Positions 47,631 through 57,931 are shown, counted from the stretch's first letter. The stretch: 64,000 nt of DNA from Acidobacteriota bacterium (GCA_965209055.1 OZ242374.1:3936001-4000000); one strand, 5' to 3'. Program-made: numbers and translations. Notes: generated by a model from the letters alone, not told the origin.

Positions 47631-48296
47631 ATGAGTTCTCCACGGAGCCTCGTTGCCGGCGGTTGTTTGGCGGTTCTCGTCCTGGTGTCCTTTCTGCAAG
47701 CTGAGACAGGTGACGCCATTGCGGTCGAGATCTCGCCCGGCCGGATGCAGGTCGAGGCGCCCGATTGTCTCACCCTCCTCTTCAACCGTATGACGCCGGT
47801 TCCGGTCCGTATGACAAACCGGACCGGGAAGGACGTCGAGCTTAATATCACGACACGTTCCGACGTCCTGGGCCTGGTTCCGTTTCGGGGAGAGGTTTCG
47901 GCCGGGGGCAACGGGGAAGGAGAGGAGTTGGTCCTGATTCCGCTGATGGCGGGAGAGTGGGATGACGACCTGATTCTGACGTCCGGGGACCGGACCCGGT
48001 CTTGGACGCAGCGATTCTGTGTATTGCCGCCGGCCCGATTGCACGCGCGGGTCCGCGATTCGAATGACCGGGTGGTGCCGGCCCGGGTCCGGGTGACCGG
48101 TGCGGACGGACGCGAATACACGCCGGACGGCCATGACTCGGGTGAGTTCCGGACGGAGGGGCTCTTCGAGTTGCTGGTCCCGGCCGGCGCCGCCACGATT
48201 TCCGTCCGTTCCGCAGATGGAGACGCTCCGGCGCGCAAGACACAAGTCGATCTTCCCGTTAACCGCACCGTATTCGTCGAACTTGCTCTCCCATGA
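47631..48296 (+). CDS. Secreted hypothetical protein
   Basis: Signal peptide from ATG 47631; PARVRVTGADG segment; ATGA coupling to the next gene. Confidence 0.65.
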   Translation: MSSPRSLVAGGCLAVLVLVSFLQAETGDAIAVEISPGRMQVEAPDCLTLLFNRMTPVPVRMTNRTGKDVELNITTRSDVLGLVPFRGEVSAGGNGEGEELVLIPLMAGEWDDDLILTSGDRTRSWTQRFCVLPPARLHARVRDSNDRVVPARVRVTGADGREYTPDGHDSGEFRTEGLFELLVPAGAATISVRSADGDAPARKTQVDLPVNRTVFVELALP

Positions 48297-50437
48297 GAGT
48301 CCTCCGCATCGTCTGGATTCTGTCGATCCTGGCCCCGGTTTCTCTCGTAGCAGCGGGGCGCGCCTGGAATCCCTACGGGCTGAGCGAGGATGAAGTGGAT
48401 GCCCTGCGCGTCCGGCATCCGGCCCTCCGGGAGTTCGCCGAGTTCTTTACGGCGCTGCTTCGTTATGAGGATGCTCCTCGGGACGAGAACCTCGCCGTTT
48501 ACCGTCCGATCCGGCGACTGGCCATGCGGCGCAGGACGGTTCGAGGCTCCGGGTCTCCCGAGGCGCAGGATGGGATCCAAGACCAGGTCAGCCAGGCTCT
48601 CTGGCGCCTGACCTCACCCGAATTGACGCGAATCGACCTCAACCCGGAGGTCCTCCTGACCCCTTCCGCCCGGGTGCCCGTCTTCACCGTGGGGCTGGAG
48701 AACCGGGTTCTGCTCCTGCTTCGCAACAACGGCAGGAATCCGGTGGAGTTGAGTCTGTCCCCCAACGGCGGCATGCTTCATTTTCCGCCTCGCGAGGCGT
48801 CTCTGGCTCCGGGACAGGTGACGGGAATACAGCTTCGGATCTGGGGAATGGGCGGCGACTCGCTGGGCCTGCGGCTGAACGTCCAAGGGACCACGGCCGA
48901 ACTCTCATTGCCGATTCATTGGCGTGAGGCGGCCCGTTTGGATCTGACCGTCAGAACTCACGACCGCGCCGGTTTCCTTCCTGCCCGGGTCTACGTGGTG
49001 GGGGCGGATCGCTTGGCGCGAGGCCCCGCGGGGACTTTTCTGAGGAGCACCTGGACCGAAGGGCACCAATATTTCCATACCCGGGGAGCCAGTCATTTGG
49101 TCCTGCCCTCGGGACCGGCTCGCCTCCTTGTGGTTCATGGATTCGAACACGCTCCCGTGACCATGAACGTGGATTTGGAGCCGGGAAGCAATCAGGTGGA
49201 GGTCATCCCTCAACCGGGGATCGATTGTGCCTCTCGGGGATGGTATTCGGGAGACATCCATATCCACCTCAATCTGGTCCACAAGACGCTGGACCAACTG
49301 GTCTCGACTCAGGACGCGCTTCTGCAGGCAGAGGCCGAAGACCTGGATGTTTCCAATTTGCTGGTCTGCAACTCGCTGGGCTCCATCACGTTCGATCGCA
49401 ACCGCTTCACCGGGTCGCTCCATCCACTATCGACGGTGGACCGGATTCTGTATTGGAACGAGGAGGTTCGGGCTGCCCTCTACGGTCACTTTGCCGCACT
49501 CAACCTCAAGACATTCCTGGAGCCCAACTTCACCGGGTTTCGGAACACCGACCACGCGTTCGACTATCCTTCCAACACCATTCAGGCCCGGAAAGGGAGG
49601 GAACAGGGGGCCGGGATCTTCTACGTTCATCCGGTCCACAATCCGGAGGCCAACGATCTGGCCGGGTCCAGCGCCAAGGCGGTTCCCGTGGACGCGGCGT
49701 TGGGCCTTGTCGACGGACTGGAGATCCTGGGGTACGGGCATCTCGCCGCCTCCCTGCGCCTCTACTACCGGTTGTTGAACTGTGGTTTCCGGTTGGCGGC
49801 CGCGGCCGGCACCGACGCCTTCAACAACATCCGGCGCCACAAGGTCATCGGCGGCGACCGCGTCTACGTGCATACGGGGGGCGTCTTCAACTATGACTCC
49901 TGGGTTCAGGGGCTCAAGGCGGGTCGAAGCTTCGTGACCAACAGCCCCCTCCTGTTCTTCGAGGTCGACGGCCGCTTGCCGGGATCGGAACTGGAATTGG
50001 ATGGGCCGGACCGGGTTCAGGTTCAGGTGGAAGCTCATTCCCATGCTCCCATGGATCGACTCGAGCTGGTCTTCAACGGGAAGCCGGTCCACACGGTGAA
50101 GGCTTCGGGAAACGGGAACCATCTGCTCTTTCGGGGCTCGCTTCCCATCACCGGGAGCGGGTGGCTGGCTGCGCGGATCCAGGGTGGTCCTCACCGTCTG
50201 GCCGTCAACAACACGGACCTGTTTGCCCATACGACCCCCGTGTACCTGACCGTGGGGGGCAAGCCGTATGCGGATCCCGATTCCGTGGCCCACTTTTTAC
50301 GCTGGATCGGAGATCTGCGGAAGCGGGCGCTGTCCGAGGGATTGTTCCAGGAACCGATCCAGAAGCGCGAAGTCCTGGATCAATTCCGGCGGGCCGAAGC
50401 GGTCTACCGGCAGAAGCTGGTTCAGGTCGAGGAATAA
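48293..50437 (+). CDS. CehA/McbA-family (PHP-like) metallohydrolase, secreted
   Basis: WYSGDIHIH, WNEE, YGH, VHP, YYRLLNCGFRL, GTDA, RVYV, GRSFVTNSP, FAHTTPVY. Confidence 0.82.
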   Translation: MRVLRIVWILSILAPVSLVAAGRAWNPYGLSEDEVDALRVRHPALREFAEFFTALLRYEDAPRDENLAVYRPIRRLAMRRRTVRGSGSPEAQDGIQDQVSQALWRLTSPELTRIDLNPEVLLTPSARVPVFTVGLENRVLLLLRNNGRNPVELSLSPNGGMLHFPPREASLAPGQVTGIQLRIWGMGGDSLGLRLNVQGTTAELSLPIHWREAARLDLTVRTHDRAGFLPARVYVVGADRLARGPAGTFLRSTWTEGHQYFHTRGASHLVLPSGPARLLVVHGFEHAPVTMNVDLEPGSNQVEVIPQPGIDCASRGWYSGDIHIHLNLVHKTLDQLVSTQDALLQAEAEDLDVSNLLVCNSLGSITFDRNRFTGSLHPLSTVDRILYWNEEVRAALYGHFAALNLKTFLEPNFTGFRNTDHAFDYPSNTIQARKGREQGAGIFYVHPVHNPEANDLAGSSAKAVPVDAALGLVDGLEILGYGHLAASLRLYYRLLNCGFRLAAAAGTDAFNNIRRHKVIGGDRVYVHTGGVFNYDSWVQGLKAGRSFVTNSPLLFFEVDGRLPGSELELDGPDRVQVQVEAHSHAPMDRLELVFNGKPVHTVKASGNGNHLLFRGSLPITGSGWLAARIQGGPHRLAVNNTDLFAHTTPVYLTVGGKPYADPDSVAHFLRWIGDLRKRALSEGLFQEPIQKREVLDQFRRAEAVYRQKLVQVEE

Positions 50438-50441
50438 ACGA

Positions 50442-51278
50442 CTATTCGGGAGCCGGCTCAGGCTCCTGGCTCGAGTTGGGAGGCGCCTCCGGCACCGGTT
50501 CCGGCTGCGATTCCGGCTGCGATTCCGGCTCGCCGACGACCTCGCCGAACTTGATTGAGGTCCCCACCTCGTACTTCTTGAAATCGGAATAGGTGATCAG
50601 CTCGCGGATGTGGACGCGGCGGCTCCGCCTGAAGCCTCCCCCGAAAACGAGGATGTCATCCGCCTCGCTCCAAGTCGGGAACCAGTACTTGCCGTCGACC
50701 TGTTGTCGGAGCGTCTCGAAGGCCGGAAACTTGTTGTTGCCCAGGTCCGGGACGGCTTTTCCCTTGGTCATCACGATCTGCAGATCCAGGTCGTCCACCC
50801 AGATTCGTCCCCGGAAGTAGCGCCTGTTGCGGCGGATCCGCTTTGGCTTCACGTCAAACACGTAGCAGTTGAGTTCGTCCACCTGCTCTTGCCCCTTGTA
50901 CTTGATCTCGTATTCGGGAAGGTCCTCGGTGGTCAGCGCAAAGGGTTGCAGGTTGAGGGCGTCGTCCAGATCTTCCCGGGTCAGTATGACTGACTCCAGC
51001 CTGCCCCGGTCGTAAACGATGCGGTGTTGGCGTTCTCCATCGCTGGTGAAGTAGATCTCGATGGTCATTTCCCGTTGCTCACGCACCCGGCCGGTACGGG
51101 TCAGGACCTGAAAGACGATATCTTGAGTGTATGTGTACTGTTGCCAGACTTCGCGGAATTCCGATTCTTTCTGGGCGAAGCGTTTGATGATGTCCTGGGG
51201 ATCCACCTTCGCTCCGGTCCCGGACCCCGTAGCAAGGAACAAGAGGAACGGAAATATCGGGAATGTTTTCTTCATCAC
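50442..51278 (-). CDS. Conserved exported protein (LolA/outer-membrane lipoprotein-sorting-like)
   Basis: Signal peptide; YTYTQD, CYVFDVKPK, YFRGRIWVDD, YWFP, YSDFKKY; Pro/Glu-rich tail. Confidence 0.7.
   Translation of the reverse strand: MMKKTFPIFPFLLFLATGSGTGAKVDPQDIIKRFAQKESEFREVWQQYTYTQDIVFQVLTRTGRVREQREMTIEIYFTSDGERQHRIVYDRGRLESVILTREDLDDALNLQPFALTTEDLPEYEIKYKGQEQVDELNCYVFDVKPKRIRRNRRYFRGRIWVDDLDLQIVMTKGKAVPDLGNNKFPAFETLRQQVDGKYWFPTWSEADDILVFGGGFRRSRRVHIRELITYSDFKKYEVGTSIKFGEVVGEPESQPESQPEPVPEAPPNSSQEPEPAPE
50499..50530. repeat. 12-bp tandem repeat encoding an ESQP linker
   Basis: TTCCGGCTGCGA x ~2.6 within the C-terminal tail of the 50442..51278 CDS. Confidence 0.7.
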
Positions 51279-51327
51279 ACCCTATTGGATGCATCGTCGG
51301 CCGAAAAGGGTCTTGATGACTCCCACT

Positions 51328-52314
51328 CTAACTCTCCCGAGGATGGGTCTTCAACAGGGACAGGACTTCGCCCAAGGGGGGGATGCCGGATCTGGCGCCG
51401 ACGCGGGTGCAGGCCAGGCCCGCGGCGGCACCGGCAAAGAGGAGGCAACGCTCCACGCTCCAGTCCTGGAAGAGGCTGTAGATGAAAGCTCCGTGAAAGA
51501 CGTCACCCGCTCCGTTGGTATCGACGGGACGGACGGGGAAAGCGGGGAGCTGGAAGATCCTGCCGTTCCAGATTGCGGCGGTCCCCTCACGGCCACGGGT
51601 CATGGCCACGAAACCGCGGCTCCGCCGGGCCAGTTCCCTCAATCCCGATCTCCAGTCCTCATGCCCGGTGAAATTCCGCACGAAGGCCTCACTCGGAATC
51701 AGAAAGTCGGTCAGCTCGACGACCTCGTGGATGCCCGGCTGGACGTCGTCCACGTCCAGGGACACCTTCATCCCAGCCTCTCTGGCCCAGCGGGCGGCGT
51801 GGAGGTTGGCGTCCGGATCGCAGCCGTCCAGGTGAAGGAGCCGGCCGGAAACGATCCACTCCCGTTTCAGTTCGCCCTCGGCGTATCGCAGTCTCCGGTC
51901 CCGGTGCCATAGGACGGTCCTCTCTCCCGTGAGGCGATCGACCAGGATGATGCCTACTTGGGTGGTCGCGCCGGGAACGACCCGGACACAGGAGAGGTCC
52001 ATGGGCTCCCGTCTCAGATCCGCAAGCGAGAACCGGCCCAGGTCGTCTCCTCCCACACTTCCGATGAATCTGGCCTTGAGGCCGTAACGTCCGCAGAGTG
52101 CTGTAGCCGTGGCCACCGGTCCGCCGCCCAGCTTCGTAACTTCGTCGCATTCGGTCCGGCTGCTGTGGGCCGGATAATGGGGAAGGAAGCACACCCAGTC
52201 CACCGCGTCCATCCCCTGTCCGATCACGTGAAAGGACCTGTCCCGGGGCCAGCGAATATCGAAAAAGGCGCGATGGAGAGGGCTGGAGGACGATTTGGGA
52301 TTTGGGCCGGTCAT
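51328..52314 (-). CDS. PfkB family carbohydrate kinase
   Basis: GGGPVATA, GSVGGDDLG, TRGREG, DTNGAGDVFHG; start uncertain. Confidence 0.9.
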   Translation of the reverse strand: MTGPNPKSSSSPLHRAFFDIRWPRDRSFHVIGQGMDAVDWVCFLPHYPAHSSRTECDEVTKLGGGPVATATALCGRYGLKARFIGSVGGDDLGRFSLADLRREPMDLSCVRVVPGATTQVGIILVDRLTGERTVLWHRDRRLRYAEGELKREWIVSGRLLHLDGCDPDANLHAARWAREAGMKVSLDVDDVQPGIHEVVELTDFLIPSEAFVRNFTGHEDWRSGLRELARRSRGFVAMTRGREGTAAIWNGRIFQLPAFPVRPVDTNGAGDVFHGAFIYSLFQDWSVERCLLFAGAAAGLACTRVGARSGIPPLGEVLSLLKTHPRES

Positions 52315-52369
52315 CCGGGCGTGTTCCCGGTTGCGGTGAGATGCGGGATATTCACGGTGGACGTCCCGA

Positions 52370-53044
52370 TCAGAGCAGGCCTTCGTCGGCGAAACTGAAG
52401 TACCGGTGGGGTCCGATGATAACATGGTCCAGAACCCGGATCCCCACCATCTCGCCGGTGGCCACGAGGCGGCGTATGATCTCACGGTCCTCCCGGCTCG
52501 GTGTCGGATCCCCGCTGGGATGGTTGTGAGCCAGGATGACGCCGACCGCCGCTTCCTCGATGGCCGGCCTGAAGACTTCCCGCGGGTGGACCAGAGACGA
52601 AGTCAGCGTTCCCTCCGAGACTTTCACCAGTTTCAGGGTGCGGTTCTTTCCATCCAGAAGGAGAGTCCAAAAGCATTCCTTGAGAAGCGCCGGGACCGAA
52701 CCTCGAAAGTGGCGGTAAACCTGGGCGCTGTTGTGAAGCGAGTCGCCGGCCGCAAGAGGAACGTTCCCCAATCGCTGGAAGAGGTGGGCCGCAGCCAGTA
52801 GGGCGTGAGTCTGTCTCCGGGTCATTCCGGCCTGCCGGAGAAGCGAGTAGCTTGCCCGGCGCAGCCTCCGGATCGAACCCAGCAGTTCCAGGATTCGCCG
52901 GGCCCGCGTAAGAGCCTGCTGATCCGAGTCGGTCGGAGCGAGGACCAACGCCAACAGTTCCACATCCGAGAGTGAATTCCAGCCGGACTCGAAGAGTCGC
53001 TGCGCAGGCAGGAGTTCGGCGCTTCCATTCATATTCAGTAACAA
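52370..53044 (-). CDS. radC: RadC (JAB/MPN) family protein
   Basis: LSDVELLALVL, GTLTSSLVHPREVF, HNHPSGDPTPSRED, VLDHVIIG. Confidence 0.93.
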   Translation of the reverse strand: MLLNMNGSAELLPAQRLFESGWNSLSDVELLALVLAPTDSDQQALTRARRILELLGSIRRLRRASYSLLRQAGMTRRQTHALLAAAHLFQRLGNVPLAAGDSLHNSAQVYRHFRGSVPALLKECFWTLLLDGKNRTLKLVKVSEGTLTSSLVHPREVFRPAIEEAAVGVILAHNHPSGDPTPSREDREIIRRLVATGEMVGIRVLDHVIIGPHRYFSFADEGLL

Positions 53045-53117
53045 CGAGTCAGATCGGCAATCAATGGGAAAAGATTTTCCGCGGAGACAACCTTCGTTTG
53101 CCCTGTCTTACGGTGAC

Positions 53118-53146
53118 TTGTGAGGGAACGGGGATGGTGGTATGGT
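53118..53146 (+). promoter_or_regulatory. Putative sigma70 promoter of the RRM gene
   Basis: TTGTGA-17 nt-TATGGT with a TGn extension; AAGGAG RBS before ATG 53270. Confidence 0.45.
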
Positions 53147-53269
53147 GATTTCAACCTGAATGACCTGCTCATTCCAAATAGCCTGATCCGAACATCCGGG
53201 ATTTGTGGCGTGGTCCGTCTTGGGGACAGACCGGCGTCGGGCGGGATTTCACTATCCTAAGGAGTCCGA

Positions 53270-53584
53270 ATGAACAAAATTTTCGTTGGCAATCTGAGCT
53301 TCAGCGTCAGTGAGAGCGCCCTGGAAATGTTTATCCGCGAGTTCGGTATAGAGGTCGAAGAGATTCGGATCATTCGAGACCGCTATACCGGCCGGTCCAG
53401 AGGCTTTGGATTCGTTGAGTTGCGCGAAGGCCAGGATCTGGATGAAGTCATTTCACAGTTGCACGGAAGGAATCTGGAAGGGCGCGACCTTCGGGTCGAT
53501 CGGGCCAATGAGCGCCCCAAGAGAGACTCGTACGGAGGCCGAAAGGATTCGTTCGGGGACCGGCCGCGACGCCGGTACTATTGA
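53270..53584 (+). CDS. RRM-domain RNA-binding protein
   Basis: RNP2 IFVGNL, RNP1 RGFGFVEL; Arg/Gly-rich tail. Confidence 0.95.
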   Translation: MNKIFVGNLSFSVSESALEMFIREFGIEVEEIRIIRDRYTGRSRGFGFVELREGQDLDEVISQLHGRNLEGRDLRVDRANERPKRDSYGGRKDSFGDRPRRRYY

Positions 53585-53589
53585 GACCC

Positions 53590-53608
53590 CGCGGTGAGCC
53601 TCACCGCG
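53590..53608. terminator. Hairpin between convergent genes
   Basis: CGCGGTGAG-C-CTCACCGCG, a perfect inverted repeat between the stops at 53584 and 53622. Confidence 0.55.
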
Positions 53609-53621
53609 AAACCCTTCCTCC

Positions 53622-54251
53622 TCAGCTCCGCTTGACGCTCACCGATACTCCGTCCCGAATCGGAATCACGGTGGAAACGTACTCTTCGTTCCGGAAGATC
53701 AGCCGCGTATACTCCCGCATTCCCCGGACATTTTCATCGGCGCCCGATTTCAGAACCCGCCCCTGACACAAGAGATTGTCCGAGATCAGCATTCCGCCCG
53801 CCTTCAACAATCTTGAGGCCTGAGTGAACACCAGCGGATACCGAGCCTTGTCCACGTCGTTGAAAATGATGTCGAACGGCCCGGAGACCTGCTTGAGTGT
53901 CCTTAGGGCATCCCCGACTCGAAATTCCGTGCGGCAGGAGATTTCTCCCCGTCTGAAATAACTCTCGGCGTCTCGAAGGTTCCGGGACGAGAGATCGGTC
54001 AGAATGAGCTGGCCGCCGGAGCCAACGGCAGAACCGAACCAGTAGCCGGAATATCCGAATCCCGAACCCAATTCCAGAATGCGTTTGGCTCCGCTGATGC
54101 AGGCAAGCTGAAACAGCAGGCGTCCCACCAATGGACCGACGATGGGAAAGGAGTCGGCCGCCGCCCGGGACTCCATTTCCGCCAGGATCGAGTCTCGCGG
54201 GGGGCAAGCCCGGAGCAGATACGCGTCGATGTCCGCCAAGAGCATGTTCAT
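53622..54251 (-). CDS. O-methyltransferase (COMT/CCoAOMT-like)
   Basis: FPIVGP, ILELGSGFGYS, GDAL, FNDVDK, ISDN, DGV. Confidence 0.9.
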   Translation of the reverse strand: MNMLLADIDAYLLRACPPRDSILAEMESRAAADSFPIVGPLVGRLLFQLACISGAKRILELGSGFGYSGYWFGSAVGSGGQLILTDLSSRNLRDAESYFRRGEISCRTEFRVGDALRTLKQVSGPFDIIFNDVDKARYPLVFTQASRLLKAGGMLISDNLLCQGRVLKSGADENVRGMREYTRLIFRNEEYVSTVIPIRDGVSVSVKRS

Positions 54252-54407
54252 GGGGGTATGTTGGCATCCGAGTGGGGTGGGGACAACCGGTGCTTGCGGG
54301 GAACCGTGTAAAACGAAAGAGGGCGCCCACGAGGAGTGCCCCTGCGTTGTTCCCGTAAGCGGAAACAAGGGTCAAGTTGAGGTGGGTGCGATCCAGAAAA
54401 TCGCGGT

Positions 54408-56171
54408 CTATGGCGGCGAACCGGTGGACGGGCCTGGGAGATCCATAGCCGAGGCCACCGGCGAAAAGATGGGATCGTCCTCACGCCAAGGGCGCCGGCA
54501 GGGTTGTCGGCTTTGGTAAAGCGCGAGGTTTTCGTTCAGGAGCCGCGCCAGATCGAAGCGCTGGTTCCGCTGTAGATCGGAAATCATGGCCCGTTGCATC
54601 TCGGCTGCCCGTTCAAACTGCCCCGTTGCGGCGAAGGCCATCGCCAGAGTTTCGACGTATTCCAGTTCAAGCTCGCCCTGGCCCTCGAACAGGCCTTTGA
54701 GAATCTGCAACGCTCTCATTCCATTTCGGATCTTTGGGTCGGGAGAAGCGGCGAGCAGCCGAGCCACGGCGTGCGTCATGTCGGCGTGGCCTGGAAAAGC
54801 CTGCAGTCCTTGCTCCAATACCTCTAACGCCTGCTCATGCCGGCCCAATTGGACCAGGGCCATGGCCCGCATGAAATGTGCCAGGATGCTCATTTGCCGG
54901 ATCTGTCCGCCTCCAGCGCTATCGGCCGGGGACCGGCTGGCGAAACCGGAATCGAGTTCGGCGACGGCCGCGTAGCGGGGGATGGCCTGATCGAAACGCC
55001 GGAGGCGCATCAGCAGATTGGCCAACTGAAAGTGCGCCTCCATGAACCCCGGGTTCGCCTCAATGGCTCGCTGATAGTGCCTGGCCGCTTCCTCTTCGGA
55101 CTGCAACCCCATCAACGTGGTTCCCAGGTAGTAATGGAGCATGGGATTTCCGGGCGAGACCCGCAGCGCCTGAGCGTATTCCCGCGCCGCGCCTTGGAGG
55201 TCCCCCATTCGAGCCAACGCCGAACCCAGATCGGTGAGCGGAACCGGGTTCTTGGGATCCAGAGCCACCGAGGTGCGGTATTCCTTGACGGCCTCCGCAA
55301 ATCGCCCTTTTCCGAACGCCCGCATTCCACGGACCCAATGATGGCGCCAACCTGTGGTCAGATCGTCCAGGGCTTCCATCAGGGGATCCGGATAACCGGC
55401 GGTGGCATGGCCGCGCCGGAGCCTCTCCAGCATGGCGACCTGCTGGAAATGGGCCTGGGCCTGGTCCAGGTCTCCTTGCCTTCGGTAACTCATGGCCAAC
55501 AGGTAGTGGATGCTGTTGGCTTCCGGTTGCAACGCCAGGGCGGCCTCGAAGTTGCGGATGGCTTCCTTGGTGCTCCGTCTTGAGGAGGCGATCTTTCCTA
55601 TCCCCACCAGGGCGGGAGCACAGTCTTCGTCCAGTGCCAGCGCCCGCTCGAACAACGGCTGCGCCCGGTCGTAGCGGTTCAAGCTGAGGTGGCCTTCAGC
55701 AGCGCCCAATATGGCCGGGACGTTCTCGGGTTGGTGCTCCATGGCCCGCTGGTAAGCGGCGATGGACTGCTCGAGATCACCCTTGTTCCGAAAGATGTGA
55801 CCCAGGTAGTAAGGCCAGCGAAAGTCTGTCGGCGCCAGTGACTCCGCATTGAGATAGCTGGCCTCGGCCGCGCCCAGGAAATCCTGGACGTGGTAGAGCT
55901 TGCCCATCTCACCGTAGGCTTGGGAGAGTTCCTCGGAGCTGGCCTTTCCCGCTTTCGCCATCGAATCCAGCCCCGCCCGCGTGTCCCTGATTCGCTTCCG
56001 GGCGGCAGGCTCCAGGCGGCTCAAATCCGGGTGGGGAATCGGCTGAATCGAATCATTCGATGGGGAGACCGGCGCGGATTCTCCCGCGGCCGCGAAGGGC
56101 AGGACGCCGAGCCCCAAGAGCAACAGGGCGCCGGCACGAAACCGGTTGCGGTGCTTCGTCGAATCACTCAT
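54408..56171 (-). CDS. Secreted TPR-repeat protein
   Basis: Signal peptide from ATG 56171 (overlapping the upstream CRTAC1 end); about 10 TPRs; C-terminal ARLLAASPD...PWREDDP domain. Confidence 0.88.
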   Translation of the reverse strand: MSDSTKHRNRFRAGALLLLGLGVLPFAAAGESAPVSPSNDSIQPIPHPDLSRLEPAARKRIRDTRAGLDSMAKAGKASSEELSQAYGEMGKLYHVQDFLGAAEASYLNAESLAPTDFRWPYYLGHIFRNKGDLEQSIAAYQRAMEHQPENVPAILGAAEGHLSLNRYDRAQPLFERALALDEDCAPALVGIGKIASSRRSTKEAIRNFEAALALQPEANSIHYLLAMSYRRQGDLDQAQAHFQQVAMLERLRRGHATAGYPDPLMEALDDLTTGWRHHWVRGMRAFGKGRFAEAVKEYRTSVALDPKNPVPLTDLGSALARMGDLQGAAREYAQALRVSPGNPMLHYYLGTTLMGLQSEEEAARHYQRAIEANPGFMEAHFQLANLLMRLRRFDQAIPRYAAVAELDSGFASRSPADSAGGGQIRQMSILAHFMRAMALVQLGRHEQALEVLEQGLQAFPGHADMTHAVARLLAASPDPKIRNGMRALQILKGLFEGQGELELEYVETLAMAFAATGQFERAAEMQRAMISDLQRNQRFDLARLLNENLALYQSRQPCRRPWREDDPIFSPVASAMDLPGPSTGSPP

Positions 56172-57903
56172 TCCCGCTGACTGTCCGGCCACTGCCCGCC
56201 AGAAGTGTGGAATAACGGCCAATGGGAAGATCGGTCCACTCCTCGACACCGCCGCCGGGCCAGGTGACACGGACGGCGTCGACTCGGTTCCGGTTCCCCA
56301 GCCCCACCAGCACCCGGGGATCGTTGGCGGAACCGTAGCTGCCGTCGGTCCTGACACGCCGTAGCAGCGTGAGGCCATCAGGGAAGACGACTTCCACCCG
56401 CGCTCCCAACATGTCCCGCGGGAGGTCTTTGCCCAGCAGCCGCAATCCCAACCAGTGACGGCGAGTCCCCACGTTGTTGATGAGCAGGCGTGCCGGACCG
56501 TTGTTGTTGACGATCAGCACGTCCACGTCTCCATCGTTGTCGACATCCCCAAAGGCGCCGCCGCGGCTCACCTCGGAGAGCTGGAAAACGGCTCCGCCTC
56601 GTTGGGTGACCTCCTCGAAACTTCCGTCGCCCAGGTTGCGGAAGAGCTGGTTGGGTTGATGCAACGGATAGGGATCCCGCAGTTTTTCCAGGGCCTCGAT
56701 GGTGGCCACCTCCCCGTGCAGGGCCAGAATGTCCAGCCAACCGTCATTGTCGTAATCCAGGAAGGCGGTCCCGAAACCGGTGTAGGGCATGCTCGCGACC
56801 CCCAATTCGCTCTCGAAGGTCTGGTCTTCGAACCATCCCTGTCCATTGTTGAGGTAGAGCGTATTGGTTTCCCGGATCAGATGGGTCATGAAGAGGTCTT
56901 CGTCGCCGTCGTTGTCCAGGTCTCCGGCGTCGACTCCCATGCTGGCCTCGGTCTTCCCGTCCCGGTTCAGGGCGCAGCCGGCCACCAGCGCTTCCTCCCG
57001 GTAACTGCCGTTTTTCTGGTTCATCCACAGGTGATTGGGACGTTGATCGTTGGCGACGTAGAAATCGATCCAGCCATCTCCGTTGAAGTCGGCGCTCACC
57101 ACCCCCAGCGCGCCGCCGTGCCTGGTGGCGACGCCGGTCCGGGAGGACACGTCCTGGAATGTCCCGTCACCCCGGTTGCGATAGAAACGGTTGGACTGGG
57201 CCGGGTAGCTGCGGGGTCCACAGTAGTCGATGGCGCCGGTACTGGAGTAGCACTTCTTGGGATTGGACAGCCGGTAGTCCACGTAGTTGCCCACGAAAAG
57301 GTCCAGCCAACCGTCCCGGTCGTAGTCCAGGAAGGAGGCGCTCACGCTCCACGCCGTATCGGCGCCGTCACCCACGGGGACCTCGGTGAAGGTGCCGTTG
57401 CCGTTGTTGCGGTACATCCGGTTCCTGCCGAAGTTGGTGACGTAGAGATCGACCCAGCCATCGTTGTCGATGTCTCCCGCCGCCACGCCCATTCCGTAGC
57501 CCAGCGAGACGATCCCGCTCTCGGCGGTCACGTCGGTAAAGCGCAGGTTGGGCGTCCCGTCCGGGTTCGACGTCAGGTCGTTTCGAAAGAGCCGGTCACG
57601 GAGCGGAGGCTCTTCCGGCGGCGGAAAGAGGGCGTCGTCGATGGTCTTGTCCGGGCCCAGCATCTGTCCCTGAACCAGGTAGACGTCCAGGTCGCCGTCG
57701 TTGTCGAAGTCCAAGAGGGCGCCTCCGGGACCCATCATCTCGCAAAAATAGTATTCCCCGGACATTCCGTTGAAGTGGCGGAAGTGGATTCCGGCTGCCG
57801 GGGCGACGTCCTCGAACCAATCGGCGCCGGTGTCTCCCGTCTTGGACGGGTGCGTCCACGAGGTGAAGAACCCCAAGGTGGCGACCCCGATCAGCAGGAT
57901 CAT
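56164..57903 (-). CDS. CRTAC1 family protein (FG-GAP/VCBS repeats plus ASPIC/UnbV)
   Basis: Multiple DxDxDGxxD loops (DFDNDGDLD, DIDNDGWVD, DYDRDGWLD); C-terminal GARV...GSY...GLG...VTWP. Confidence 0.92.
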   Translation of the reverse strand: MILLIGVATLGFFTSWTHPSKTGDTGADWFEDVAPAAGIHFRHFNGMSGEYYFCEMMGPGGALLDFDNDGDLDVYLVQGQMLGPDKTIDDALFPPPEEPPLRDRLFRNDLTSNPDGTPNLRFTDVTAESGIVSLGYGMGVAAGDIDNDGWVDLYVTNFGRNRMYRNNGNGTFTEVPVGDGADTAWSVSASFLDYDRDGWLDLFVGNYVDYRLSNPKKCYSSTGAIDYCGPRSYPAQSNRFYRNRGDGTFQDVSSRTGVATRHGGALGVVSADFNGDGWIDFYVANDQRPNHLWMNQKNGSYREEALVAGCALNRDGKTEASMGVDAGDLDNDGDEDLFMTHLIRETNTLYLNNGQGWFEDQTFESELGVASMPYTGFGTAFLDYDNDGWLDILALHGEVATIEALEKLRDPYPLHQPNQLFRNLGDGSFEEVTQRGGAVFQLSEVSRGGAFGDVDNDGDVDVLIVNNNGPARLLINNVGTRRHWLGLRLLGKDLPRDMLGARVEVVFPDGLTLLRRVRTDGSYGSANDPRVLVGLGNRNRVDAVRVTWPGGGVEEWTDLPIGRYSTLLAGSGRTVSGNE

Positions 57904-57931
57904 CCGGTTGTGTTGTGGGTTTGAATGAGGA

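Noticed and set aside
52370-53044. radC as a marker of a mobile element
   Set aside because: Full-length chromosomal-type RadC with the N-terminal helical part, among housekeeping-like neighbours and with no mobility genes.
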